Shown piece by piece: positions 1-12,662 of a stretch of 64,000 bases of DNA. Each line of letters begins with the position of its first letter. Position 1 is the first letter of the stretch. Source of the DNA: Okamejei kenojei (Eukaryota); contig CM069132.1 in NCBI GenBank assembly GCA_035221665.1, positions 131,440,001 to 131,504,000 of the forward strand, read 5' to 3'. The position numbers and the translations under genes are program-made. Under the pieces are notes generated by a model, which did no database searches, was not told where the DNA came from, and worked only from the letters and a program-made list of their open reading frames with translations.

Positions 1-1240
1 TGAATGTTTTGAAGCGGTAACTAGGGAAATTGATGAGGGTAAAGCAGTGGATGTTGTCTATATGGATTTCAGTAAGGCCTTTGACAAGGTTCCCCATGGA
101 AGGTTGGTTAAGAAGGTTCAATCTTTGGGTGTTAATGGCGGAGTAGCAAGATGGATTCAACAGTGGCTGAATGGGAGATGTCAGAGAGTAATGGTGGATG
201 GCTGTTTGTCAGGTTGGAAGCCGGTGACCAGTGGGGTGCCTCAGGGATCTGTGTTGGGTCCACTGTTGTTTGTCATGTACATCAATGATCTGGATGATGG
301 GGTGGAAAATTGGATAAGTAAGTATGCAGATGATACTAAGATAGGTGGTGTTGTGGATAATGAAGTAGATTTTCAAAATCTACAGAGAGATTTGGGCCAT
401 TTGGAAAAGTGGGCTGAAAGATGGCAGATGGAGTTTAATGCTTGATAAGTGTGAAGTACTACATCTTGGCAGGACAAATCAAAATAGGAAGTACATGGTA
501 AATGGTAGGGAATTGAGGAATGCTGTGGAACAGAGGGATCTAGGAATATCTGTGCATAGTTCCCTGAAGGTGGAATCGCATGTAGATAGGGTGGTAAAGA
601 AAGCCTTTGGTGTGCTGGCCTTTATAAATCAGAGCATTGAATATAGGAGTAGGGAAGTAATGTTAAAATTGTACAAGGCATTGGTAAGACCAATTCTGGA
701 GTATGGTGTACAATTTTGGTCGCCTAGTTATAGGAAGGATATCAACAAAATAGAGAAAGTACAGAGGAGATTTACTAGAATGTTGCCAGGGTTCCAGCAA
801 CTATGTTACAGAGAAAGGTTGAACAAGTTAGGTCTTTATTCTTTGGAGCGCAGAAGGTTAAGGGGGGACTTGATTGAGGTCTTTAAAATGATGAAAGGGA
901 TAGACAGAGTCGACGTGGATAAGCGTTTTCCCATTGAGGGTAGGGAAGATTCAAACAAGAGGGCATGGCATGAGAATTTAAGGGACAGAAGTTTAGGGGT
1001 AACGTGAGGGGGAACTTCTTTACTCAGAGGGTGGTGGCTGTGTGGAATGAACTTCCAGCAGAAGTGGTGGAGGCAGGATCGATTTTAACATTTAAAAGTG
1101 GATAGGTATATGGACGTGAAGGGAATGGAGGGGTATGGTCTGAGTGCAGGTAGATGGGACTAGGGGAAAACAAATGGTCGGCACGGACTGGAAGGGCCGA
1201 GAGGGCCTGTCTCCGTGCTGTAATTGTTATATGGTTATAT
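1..1240 (+). mobile_element. CR1-clade LINE, 3' half (RT domain + 3' UTR), frameshifted; subfamily A
   Basis: ORFs 47-445 and 438-1007 carry RT motifs DFSKAFDKVPH, GVPQGSVLGPLLF, YADD and the C-terminal LERRRLRGDLIEVFK. Ends in a TTATATGG microsatellite tail. Near-identical to 17870-19115. Confidence 0.95.
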
Positions 1241-1465
1241 CTTCTGTAGTCAATGATATGCTTAAAAATATACACTTGAAATTGTGGTAGCTTCATCCAG
1301 CAGTTCTATTTTGATATTATGAAGCAAGATTCAAGGTGTTTGTCATGAAGATGCTCAATTTGCTCAACTAATGTAATCTGGTCTACAACTGTGAGTACAG
1401 TAGTGTTCATCTTTTAACAAATAAAGACAACATTTCAAAGTAATTTCTTACTATGGCCGAAGTAA

Positions 1466-1880
1466 GAGATCTGAAGAAGGGTCCTGACCCAAAACATCAC
1501 CTGTTCATGTGCTCCTCATAACTCATAGGAGCAGAATTGACCATTTGGCCCATTGAGTTAACTCTGCCATTCAATCATGGTTGATTTATCTTTCCCTCTC
1601 AACTTCCCCCATTCTTCTGTCTTCTCCCCATATCCTTCTGAGATGCCACCTGACCCGTTGAGTTAGTCCAACAAGAGTTTCCACCAATCACTTGCCATGC
1701 TTTATTCCGCACCAACCTTTCTGCCAGCTCCCTCTTCCCCACTACAATCTGTCTGAAGAATTATCCCAACGCAAAACATGGCTTATCCATGTCCTTCAGA
1801 GATGCACCCTGACCAGCCTAGTTACTCTAGCACTCTGTTAGATGCAAGATTCCAGCATCTGAAGTTCCTTGTGTCTGCAC
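1466..1880 (+). repeat. Cluster of decayed Penelope terminal-repeat fragments with a nested antisense CR1 3' fragment (~1520-1630)
   Basis: CTGAAGAAGGGTCCTGACCCAAAACATCACC at 1471, a degraded copy at 1753, and GATGC..CTGACC..GAGTTACTC..CAGCATCTG tails matching 14242-14367. Confidence 0.7.
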
Positions 1881-2106
1881 TAATCCCAACTGTTGTTAAT
1901 TTTAATACCACTCAAAAGTAACACTGCAGAAATGCTCTCAAATTCCAAAGCTTTTTCCAAGGCACTTTCAGGTTTATACTAGGTTCCTGTAAATAAGAAT
2001 GATTAAACCATTTCTGATAAATCCCATCAACCACATTGACAGCTTTGGTGATGCTTGAACTCATCTGTGTTACCACAGCACAAACTCCCAGCAGATACAT
2101 AACCAA

Positions 2107-2364
2107 TGTCAGGTGGCACAGCGGTAGAATTGGTGCCTTACAGCGCTTGCAACGCCAGAGTCCCGAGTTTGATCCCGACTACTGGTGCTTGTAAGTTTTC
2201 CCTGTGACCGTGTGGGTTTTCTCTGAGATCTTCGGTTTCCTCCCACACTCCAAAGATGTACAGGTTGGTAGGTTACTGGCTTGGTATAAATGTAAACTGT
2301 TCCTAATAAGTGTAGGATAGTGCTAATGTGTAGAGGTTGCACTGTATGTCTAAAATAAACTAAA
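2107..2364 (+). mobile_element. tRNA-derived SINE (HE1/V-SINE-like)
   Basis: A-box GGTGGCACAGCGGTAG, B-box-like GAGTTTGATCCC, core CGGTTTCCTCCCACACTCCAAAGA, TAAAC tail. Confidence 0.85.
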
Positions 2365-2662
2365 GGAAAAAAACTGTCAAACTGGTTTGTGGCCAATCCA
2401 GAAATTCATATTGAAGAACAGCTTAGGTGTTCTCACTATTAGTGTTAGTACTTTATTATGTTTATAAATATATGTTATTTATGAATTCTGCACAAAGTAT
2501 ACTTCAAGGTATGTACAGGCTAGTTGTCACGTCTAAACTATTATGCAGTTTATAGGCCATCTTCACTTGGAATTGCACAGTAGAAGGATGGGCCTTTATT
2601 CAAGATCAACAGTTATGCATATTTGGTATTTGGTATTAGTTACTTATGTAATTATGTATAAA

Positions 2663-3214
2663 ATAGAAACATAGAAATTAGGTGCAGGAGTAGGCCATTC
2701 AGCCCTTCGAGCCTGCACCGCCATTCAATATGATCATGGCTGATCATCCAACTCAGTATCCCGTACCTGCCTTCTCTCCATACCCTCTGATCCCCTTAGC
2801 CACAAGAGCCACATCCAACTCACTCTTAAATATAGCCAATGAACTGGCCTCAACTACCCTCTGTGGCAGAGAGTTCCAGAGACTCACCACTCTCTGTGTG
2901 AAAAAAGTCTTTCTCATCTCGGTCTTAAAGGATTTCCCCCTTATCCTTAAGCAGTGACCCCTTGTCCTGGACTTCCCCAACATCGGGAACAATCTTCCTG
3001 CATCTAGCCTGTCCAACCCCTTAAGAATTTTGTAAGTTTCTATAAGATCCCCTCTCAATCTCCTAAATTCCAGAGAGTATAAACCGAGTCTATCCAGTCT
3101 TTCTTCATAAGACAGTCCTGACATCCCAGGAATCAGTCTGGTGAACCTTCTCTGCACTCCCTCTATGGCAATAATGTCCTTCCTCAGATTTGGAGAAATG
3201 TCCTTCCTCAGATT
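2663..3214 (-). mobile_element. 5'-truncated CR1 LINE, subfamily B (young)
   Basis: ORF 2753-3235(-) IEGVQRRFTRLIPG...LEFRRLRGDLIETYK. TTTCTATG tail. Flanking TGTATAAA at 2655-2662 and 3215-3222 as TSD. Confidence 0.95.
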
Positions 3215-4289
3215 TGTATAAATGAAAACTATCAACGTGAATCTGTTATTCCAAGTTTCCAGCGTCAGCTCCGTTGCACTTTCATTTTGTCCTCATCTGC
3301 TTCATTGTGGGGAAAGCCCATATTTTGCATCTAGAGATAGACTCAAATAAAAATGATTTAAGAGCAAAGACGAACTGCACAACTTTAAAATGGGAACTGC
3401 ACAACATCACATATCTTGCCTCAGATTTATTTTTAAACTTTGAGCAAAGCCGATACTTCAGAACTGCCGAGTGAGGGATATTAAACAACTTTGAAGTTGC
3501 AACATTGAATTTTGTTCTTGCCATTTGACATAATTTCAACCCTCACCATATGCCGCTGCCTTGTAACACACTCCAGTCTGTGTCTTTTCCTATAATACAG
3601 TGGAGGAGCTTGATCAGGCTGGCTGTGGCATGTGGCCAAAACCCTCATGGGACTTCACTGCCTGAGGTAAGAACAGAATGCAGAGTTCAGCTTGAGCACC
3701 GCATTCAAAGTCAGATAAAAGTGGGAACTAAAGACTGTGCAGATTGGATTGACAGTGGATTGATTTCAAATGACATAAGTCACTATAGAAACTGACCTTC
3801 AGCAAAGGGATTCCTTCAGTTTTCATTTGCCTGAGGAAACTTGAAAGCTTTCTTCTCTGGGGGAAATCGAGAGAGCCTTTATTCTTTTGGAACGATTGTT
3901 CAACTTTGGCAGAGTTGGTAAAAGAAATCAAAAGCCACAAATACCAAAACATTGTGAAGCATGATAGACAGCCAAGCACATATTTTATGGAGTAATCTCT
4001 GGAGTATAATCAATATTTTAAAAAACATCAAATCTTGTCGCCCCCCCAGCCCTACCAATTTTCTCTTCCCATTCCTACAAGCCTTCTGACTCCTTATACA
4101 GATGAGGTTATAACATCAATGCTGTGGCTGAACTTCGCTACGCTCATTGATCACTTTACAGGGTCAGAAAGCTACTCAACCTCTGAAGGCACAAGTTAAA
4201 CCTAATCTTGTTCTTGAACAGATCCTGCAATGGGCTGCGAATAGTAATCTGGAATGCGACCTGATCATTGCGTACAAAATAATAATCAG

Positions 4290-4572
4290 GTTGACACAGT
4301 GGTGCAGCTGGTAGAGTAGCGACCTCAGTGTCAGAGTGTCTGTGTGGAGTTTGCAAGTTCTCCCTGTGACTGTGTAGGTTTCTTCCAGGTTGTCTGGTTT
4401 CCTCCCACATCCCAAAGCCATGTAGATTTTTAGATTAACTGGCATCTGCAAATTTCCCCTCCTGAGTAGGGAGTGAAAATGTCATAACATAGAACAGGTG
4501 TGAACGAGTGACCAATAATTGGTGAGGACTTGGTGGGTTGAAGGACCTTTTTCCATGCGGCATCTCTAAACT
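4290..4572 (+). mobile_element. Older tRNA-derived SINE copy
   Basis: CAGTGGTGCAGCTGGTAGAG head, GGTTTCCTCCCACATCCCAAAG core, CTCTAAACTA tail. Confidence 0.75.
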
Positions 4573-6652
4573 AGGAAGGAACTACTGATGTGATCAGTGG
4601 TGCGAACAATGACTCCAGCACATATGTTTATATTAAATGGTAGATGGATTAGCGGGACGTTGAGGGGAGTCAAGTCAAGAAGGGCTTCCTGGAGCAATCT
4701 ACAGGTTATTTTATGATATTCATCGATTGCTCCTGCTCTGGCAGTTTACATACAGAAAGAAAAAGTTTGCACCTGCTCAGGGATTTGAAACTAGGTTCTG
4801 CAAGGTACTCGACAGACACTCACCATGTTTCCTCCCTTACATTAAGCACATGGATAGGCCAGTGCTTGAGTTGCTGTGTAATGAGGGCACAAAGCTTAGA
4901 ATAATCCACAACTGCCCCAAACAAACTAGTACCATCCCCTTCTGCTCTTCCCCTTCCCCCCCCCCCCCCCCCCCCCCCCCACTACTGAGTAACACGATAA
5001 CTTTGAACTCGATAGGTTGCAAATATGTGGGGCTGTGTCACTATAACCCAATACAGTCGCAGATTCAGGAAGGGAGAAAAATTCACAATTGTGAGAGGCC
5101 TTTACAACACATTGGATCAGTAACTCGTTTAGGCAGCTCTTTCCTTTAGAAAGATTGTCCATGCACAATTTGACATCGCATTTGATCCGGAGCCCAGCCC
5201 AGCTTGCCTTGATTCTCCGAAAATAAAATGGAAAAATATGCAGCCTTGTCTTTATAAAATCTGCAGACAATTAAAACCAGAAGCCTGTCAATAATTAATT
5301 TGGAATAACTTTCATCCCTCAGAGCATGGATGAAGAAAAAAAAAAATGCCATGAGTAATGGTTACCAGAGATCAAGCAATAGTTTAGAGAACCGCTTTAT
5401 TCAGTTATTTCATGCCAGACTTACCATGCATGATAGAGGGGGAGGGAGGTGGGAGAAGGGAAATAAAACAGTAACCTTTCTATGGATTTCCAGGAACTCT
5501 GGATAAATATTGGTGAAGAATTTACGTAAAGTATTATGCAGAGCTCAGCTAAACCTGTGTGTCTAACTTCTTAAGACCTCATCAATTGTGGCCTGAATGC
5601 AAGAGATAGAATTAATTCTCCCACTGTGTCATTCAGGAGATAGATTGCAAAGGCAAAAGCAAAAGCTGTTTCTTTTTTCTTTGGAGTGGGGAGGGGGGTG
5701 GGGGTGGGATGTGGTGAAATCTGAAACAAGAAAGCAGTACTTTGAAGTATGCAATGTTGCCAGAGAAATAGGCATTGATAAGACATTGTGCACCCATGAC
5801 ACAAACAGTCACTATTTCAGTTTTGTTTCTACTATCGGTTCTTAAAATGGGGACTACATTTGCGAAAATCACACTCTACAAAAAAGAGTTTAAAGGGGTC
5901 TTTCTGCGCTAATGAATAAAGGAATCAGCTACCATCTTTCACATGAGCAAATGGAATGCAGTGACGTCGACACATCGCAACATCAATGCACCGTGATGCT
6001 ATTGTGATGAAAATAAGGGGCCCTTTTCTAACCCATCTCTTCCCCCTGCCACAATTGGTATAGCAATTTATTTTTTCATGAACAGTAGTTTTTTTTTTAA
6101 ATCATGGGGGAGGAATTTAGTGCAATTGGCAAGTAAAGTCCTTCTTGATGCAGTCTGATATTAAGCATTAAATATATCGGGCTGTTCATTAAGGTGAGGC
6201 AAACCAAATAAGCTAATGCACCAATGAACTTTTCAAACAAGGATATAATGGGCCATGATTGACAATGTGTGTGGTCAACAGGCTAACGAAAAACAGAAGT
6301 TCCAGCAATCCATCTAAAAGCTCATCACCACGTGCTCCGACCTGAAATGTCATCTGTCAATTTCCCTCCACAGATGCTGCCTGACCTGCTGAAAGTCTCC
6401 AGTGCTTTGCTCAAGATTCCAGCATCTGCAGACCCTCATTTCTTCAACACCAAATCTAGTCAGATGCTCAAACTATACACATCAGACCAGTTTCAAATAA
6501 AACGCATTGTAAAGATGGCAAGACTTCTGTTGCTAATAACATGCTTGCCAGACATTCTTTTGGAAACCGATTCCAGTCAAGATTCTACATGCACCACATA
6601 AAATTATGGCTCAATATTACATCTCAAATTTGGAGTTCTGAGACATCATCTA

Positions 6653-6940
6653 GGGCAGCAAGGTGGCGCAGCTGTAGAGTTACTGCTTTACAGCACCAGA
6701 GACGCTGGTACGATCCCAAACGGGGTGGGGTGGGAGATTGCAAACTTCACGTGGTCCACCCTATTTCGACTAATGCAATCAACCCAGCGTGCACAAACAA
6801 GATCAAATAGAACAAGTTGACCTACAACTTAAGACTGTGCAATAAGCAGCAAACGGGGTGATCACTGATCCGCAGAGTCTTGGTGGGCTGAGGGGCCTAT
6901 TTATGCACTGTGTCTTGAAAGTCTAAAAATCTAAAGTGTA
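6653..6940 (+). mobile_element. Internally deleted tRNA SINE carrying a 122-bp unknown insertion
   Basis: SINE head 6653-6727 and tail 6850-6940. CAAACGGGGTG is duplicated at 6717-6727 and 6850-6860. Confidence 0.7.
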
Positions 6941-7074
6941 AAGAATGCTCTCACCATTTTATTTGCAGCCTAGTTGCTGCAAGCTGGGCTAATGCAGTCT
7001 ATGGAGAAGAAAATAGTAGCTATGGGACTAGATTGTCACTGTGAGAACATGGATTCCCAGAATGTTAGAATTCT

Positions 7075-7335
7075 ACATTACCCTTGATACCCCTTTGATG
7101 TCTCGTTTTCACACCTTGCCCTTCCTTATCATTGTGTCTCCCTCTCCCCTGACTCTCAGTGTGAGGAAGGGTCTCAACCCAAAACATCACTCATTCCTTC
7201 TATCCAGAGATGCTGCCTGTCCCGCTGAGTTACTCCAACTTTTGTGCCCATCTTTGGTGTAAACGAGCATCTGCAGTTCCTTCCTACACACTTTGCCAGG
7301 GATACAGCCTGACCTGTTGAGTTACACAAGCAGTT
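7075..7335 (+). repeat. Penelope terminal-repeat derivative
   Basis: Similar to 14125-14367, including GAAGGGTCTCAACCCAAAACATCAC and CATCTGCAGTTCCTTCCTACAC. Confidence 0.8.
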
Positions 7336-7439
7336 TGATTCTTTTCTCCCAAAGTAATTGGGATAGACAACTTGAGGAAGGAGAACACTTCTGACATGGA
7401 CCCTGGTGTTGTCACCTACTTGAAAAGATCATAAGATAA

Positions 7440-8340
7440 ATAACAATGAAAGAGTTGCTTTAATACCTATTGTATCCCTTTCAGAAAACTTCAACGCACA
7501 CTGAAGCCACTAAACTACTTTTGAAAATGTAGTCACTGTTGTAATATGACAATCTGTCATATGCTGTGAGGGACTGTCATATGCTGAGAGAATGGAGCAG
7601 CTGGGCTTGTACACTCTGGAGTTTAGAAGGATGAGAGGAGATCTCATTGAAACATATAAGATTGTTAAGGGTTTGAACACGCTAGAGGCAAGAAACATGT
7701 TCCTGATGTTGGGGGAGTGCAGAACCAGGGGCCACAGTTTAAGAATAAGAAGTAAGCCATTTAGAACAGAGATGAGGAAACACTTTTTCTCACAGAGAGT
7801 GGGGATTCTGTGGTATTTTCTGCCTCAGAGGGCGATGGAGGCAGGTTCTCTGGATGCTCTCAAGAGTGAGCTAGATAGGGCTCTTAAAAATAGCGGAGTC
7901 AGGGGATATGGGGAAAAGGCAGGAATGGAGTACTGTTTGGGGATGATCAGCCATGATCACATTGAATGGCGGTGCTGGCTCGAAGGGCTGAATGGCCTAC
8001 TCCTGCACCTATTGTCTATTGTCTAACCTATATAGATCGCAAACTTCCACAAACAGCAGCAATGTGATAGTGATCCAATAATCAATTTTAGCGATGTTAG
8101 TTGAGGTTTAGACACAGGTTAAGGTACCAATAATAGCTCTCCAGCTTATTTTTGAAATTGTATCAGGTTATTTTATTTTTATTCCACTGCGGAGAGATTG
8201 ATTTGGTTTCAACGTAAATGTTAACACGTCCAACATGCAACACTCCCTCAGATTACCGAAGTAGATTTGTTCCATTGAGCGAGACCCAAATCCAGAACCA
8301 AGTGAGTAATGTAGTGAAAATCACCTTTAAAACCTGACAT
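7440..8340 (-). mobile_element. Ancient DeuSINE-like (SacSINE/AmnSINE-type) remnant split by a CR1 insertion
   Basis: TACTTTTGAAAATGTAGTCACTGTTGTAAT (7516-7545) continues after the CR1 with CCACAAACAGCAGCAATGTGATAGTGATCC..TGTTAGTTGAGG and CACTCCCTCAG, resembling my recollection of the Deu-domain antisense. Confidence 0.55.
7554..8025 (+). mobile_element. 5'-truncated CR1 LINE, subfamily C
   Basis: ORF 7592-8026 LGLYTLEFRRMRGDLIETYK; ATTGTCT tail. Confidence 0.92.
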
Positions 8341-8839
8341 TGGTGAAGCCCACACACGAAAGGCAAATACTAACCAATAACGAGTAGGGCACAGAAGTCA
8401 CACTTGGACTTGGTGACAGGACTTCATTAACAAAGTTATGCTTCATGGCTAACTACACTACACAACATTAACCTCAGCAAATATGAACTTCCATGGACTG
8501 CCTTTGATTGCACCCAAAACTTTTTTTTTTGGTACTAGTATTATTAATTTGGTGAATTTATTAAAATGCAGGAATTTTATGGTACATATGACAATTAAAC
8601 ACATGACAAGATTCTCTTGACTTCTGTAATTGCTCATTAGACCGAAGTCTGGGTTTGGGTCATGCTCTATGTGATTATTATATTCTGTTTATTTTGTTAA
8701 TTTTTATTGTCATGTTGTTTTGCATTCCACCAGGCAGATCATACATCTATCCACATATATACAAATATACATATATTTGTATACATCTACACCAACGTAG
8801 TGCAAGAGAGAATAAAAAGGATGTAGTATATAGTGCTGA

Positions 8840-9185
8840 TAGACACAAAAAGCTGGAGTAACTCTGCAGGTCAGAGAGCATCTGGAAAAAAAAGGAATGG
8901 GTGACGTTTTGTGTCGAGATCCTTCTTCAGATTGAGAGTTGGGGGAAAGGGAAATGAGAGAGATAGGCAGTGATGTAGAGAGATATAGAACGAATGAATG
9001 AAACGTATGCAAAAAAGTAATGATGATAATGGAAACAGGCCATTGTTAGCTGTGGTCTTGGCGAAAATGAATGCAGACAATGAGGCTCAACAAGACGACT
9101 TTGAAGCTGGTACGACGTGGGTGTGGGTGGGATGGAGAGAGGGGGGGGGGGGATGCAAGGAAAGAGTGTTACAGCTAGAAGAATG
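8840..9185 (-). repeat. Penelope 3' terminal fragment, antisense
   Basis: Reverse complement matches 14060-14330 (TMACFHYHHYFFAYVSFI vs TMACSLYHRYFFAYLSFI in the ORF track). Confidence 0.85.
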
Positions 9186-9239
9186 TGTAGATTAAAATGC
9201 AAGGGCCACAACATAGGTTGGGAGAAAAATAATCTATCT

Positions 9240-9425
9240 TCACATGAAGGTACATGCAAAGGTTTGATTACAGCAATTCCACGATAGCAGGAAAGATGGT
9301 ATTCTTGAATCCGGTGGTATGTGTTGTCGAACTTGTGTACCTTCTGCCCAATTGTAGGGAGAAGAGTGTACGACAGGGTGGGAGGGGTCTTTGATTATGT
9401 TGGCAGCTTTCCTTTGACGTAGCAG
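9240..9425 (-). mobile_element. Old Rex1/L2-type LINE 3' fragment
   Basis: ORF 9240-9500(-) RKAANIIKDPSHP resembles KKAGSIIKDPDHPGH of the Rex1 copy at 45223-45537. Confidence 0.6.
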
Positions 9426-10475
9426 ATTCTTATACAGAAATATCAGCTGGGATCTCAGTGTTCTACTTGGAGAATGCAGCGCCGTTGGAGACATCAGCAA
9501 CTGATGTGTTTAAACAGATGCCCCGGCTTCACTTGGTAGATGCAGTTTAAAAAAAAAAAAAATTATAAACACACACATCCTGGCACTATTTCAAAGAGGA
9601 GATTGAATATCAGAACCCCGACCTATTTATATCTAAACAGCAGTAAAAAAAACGATTATCAAGTCATTATCACATTGCTTTATATGGAAGTGCCCCACCA
9701 AACTCATGCAGCATCAGCCAATTGATAATGCCTTCCAATTAATTCTAGGAGCCTAATGTAGTCATCCTAATCAAGTCTTCTTCCTCTCCCCTGCAGTCTA
9801 CTTGAATTCTCCAACACTCTCCACAAAGAGAAAGGTGTTGGTTGTGTGGCAACGGCATCAAATTTCACTCTCACATTCTTGACCATTGTAAGGGTGTGGT
9901 GTAAATAGATGCATATTTTGAAGAGTACGCTCTGTGGAGAAGCTCAGAATAGCTGGCAGTGCTGGACAGCTGACATCCCCGGTGTATGTAGAGGCCTATG
10001 TTGCTGACACAGTTGGGGATCTCACGCAGTCAGACGCACCACCTTCTGAGAGAGTTCACACGGACAACTATCTAGAGTCAATGAGTTAGTTGCTATTACA
10101 TTACCACGCACACAGTCATTCCCCACAGAAAGCTGCCAAGAAGATTTGAAGCAGCATTGTCAAATTTTCTCAGGCCTGACTTGAACTTTGTGACTCAGAA
10201 GCCTGAAACTACTAGAGCTCTTCTCAACCACCTCATAGTGGGCATAATTAAAAAGAGTTCAAACACAAGAGACTGCAGATGCCCCAATCTGGAGTTAAAA
10301 GAAAGTGTTGAAGGAATTTACCAAGACATTGAACATCCAGTTCATTTTTTGCTAAAAATAAGTGTCAGAGCAATGCATTTTTCAATTCTTTCCAATTTTC
10401 CACTTTGCCCAACCATACATTTATGTTATAGGAGTAGAATTAGGCCATTCAGTCCATCAACTCTACGCCATTCTA

Positions 10476-12537
10476 GCAGAGGTCTTACCTTTGTCCCCAC
10501 CTCAATGAGTTCCCGCCCACCACGACTTGGAGCTCTTCTACCGTCGCCTCCGCCTCACAGCGTTCTTCCACAGGAAGAAGTCCTCGCCCCCCACTGACGA
10601 TCCCTTTTCCTGTCTCCAATGTACCCCCTCCACTTGGACCCCCCCTCGTAGCCTTCCGACTCTAGAACTATTTATCCAGAACTGCCGTCGGGACATCAAC
10701 CGCCTCGACTTATCCACTCCCGTCTCACTCCGTAACAACCCAGACTGGGTTATCAAACCCGCCGACAAGGGAGGTGCCGTGGTAGTCTAGCGCGTCGATC
10801 TCTACAAAGCGGAGGCCGCGCGCCAACTCTCGGACACCTCCTCCTACTTACCCTGGACCATGACCCCACTGACGAACACCAGGCCACCATCTCGAGCACC
10901 ATAACCAACTTCATCAGCTCCGACTCCCTACCCCCCCCCCCCCCCCGAGCCTCCAACCTCATAGTTTCCCAGCCCCGCACGGCCCGATTTTACCTTCTCC
11001 CCAAAATCCACAAACCCGACTGCCCTGGCAGACCCAATGTCTCTGCCTGTTCGTGCCCCACCGAACACATTTCCACATACCTTGACGCCATCCTATCCCC
11101 CTTTGTTAAATCCCTCCCCACCTATGTTCAAGACACCTCAGACACTCTCCGTCAGCACCACGCATTCCATTCTCCAGGCCCCCATCCTCTCATCTTTACC
11201 ATGGACGTCCAGTCACTCTACACCTCTATCCCCCACCAGGACGGTCACAAAGCCCTCCAGTTCTTCCTCGACCAGAGGAGCAACCCATACACATCCACTG
11301 ATACCCTCCTCCGCCTAACGGAGTTGGTCCTTACCCTCAATAACTTCTCTTTTGACTCCTCCCATTTCCTCCAAACACAAGGCGTAGCTATGGGCACACG
11401 CAAGGGCCCCAGCTACGCTTGCCTCTTTGTTGGGTACGTCGAACAATCCTTGTTATCGGCGTACCAGGGCCCCATCCCCGACCTCTACCTCCGTTACATC
11501 GACGACTGCTTTGGTGTCACCTCCTGCACCCACACACAACTGACTGACTTCATTCATTTCACCACCAACTTCCATCCGCCACTCAAATACACTTGGACCA
11601 TTTCCGACATTTCCCTACCATTCCTTGACCTCACCATCTCTATTGCAGGTGATACACTCCTGACCGACATCCACTACAAACCAACTGACTCCCACAGCTA
11701 CCTGGACTACTCTTCCTCCCACCCTGCTTCCTGTAAAGACTCCATCCCCTATTCCCAATTCCTCAGTCTACGCCGCATCTGCTCCCAGGATGAGGTGTTC
11801 CACACCAGGTCATCACATGTGTCCTCATTCTTCAGAGAACGGGGACTCCCCTCAACCCACTGTAGATGAGGCTCGCACCAGGGTCTCCTCCATACCCCGC
11901 AACACTGCCCTCTCTCCCCATTCCCCCACTCGCAACAAGGGCAGAGTCCCCCTGGTCCTCACCTTTCACCCCACCAGTCGGCAAATACAACACATAGTCC
12001 TCCGCCAGTTTCGCCACCTCCAACGTGACCCCTCCACTCGCCACATCTTCCCATCTCCCCCCCTGTCTGCCTTCCGCAAAGACCGCTCCCTCCACAACTC
12101 CCTTGTCAATTCTTCCCTTCCCTCCCGCTCTACCCCTTCCCCGGGCACTTCCCCTTGCAACCGCAAGAAATGCTACACTTGTCCCTTCACCTCCCCCCTC
12201 CACTCCTTTCAGGGACTCAAGCAGTCCTTCCAGGTCTGACAGAGGTTCACCTGCACCTCCTTCAACCTCATCTACTGCATCCGCTGCTCCAGATGCCAGA
12301 TGATCTATATCGGTGAGACCAAGCGGAGGCTTGGCGATCGTTTCGCATTAACCAAGCCGACCTCCCGGTGGCTCAGCACTTCAACTCCCCCTCCCATTCT
12401 GTATCCGACCTCTCGGTCCTGGGCCTCCTCCACGGCCTGAGTGAGCAACACCGCAAGTTGGAGGAACAGCACCTCATATTCCGCTTGGGGAGTCTGCATT
12501 ATCTGGGCTTGAACATTGAATTTTCTCAATTCTGTTA
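10476..12537 (+). pseudogene. PLE ORF copy 1 (RT + GIY-YIG), several stops and frameshifts
   Basis: Fragments 10527-10790, 11201-11869 and 11790-12239 lie in different frames; TGA at 12237; deletion near 12345 relative to copy 2. Confidence 0.9.
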
Positions 12538-12662
12538 ACCCTTGCTGTCTCCTCCCCTTCCCACCATTCCCTCAGCCCTCGGGCCCTGGCATTCCCTCTC
12601 TCTCTCTATCTCTCTCCCCCACCCTAGTCGCACTAGCTTCTCATTTTCGCACTACAAACAGC

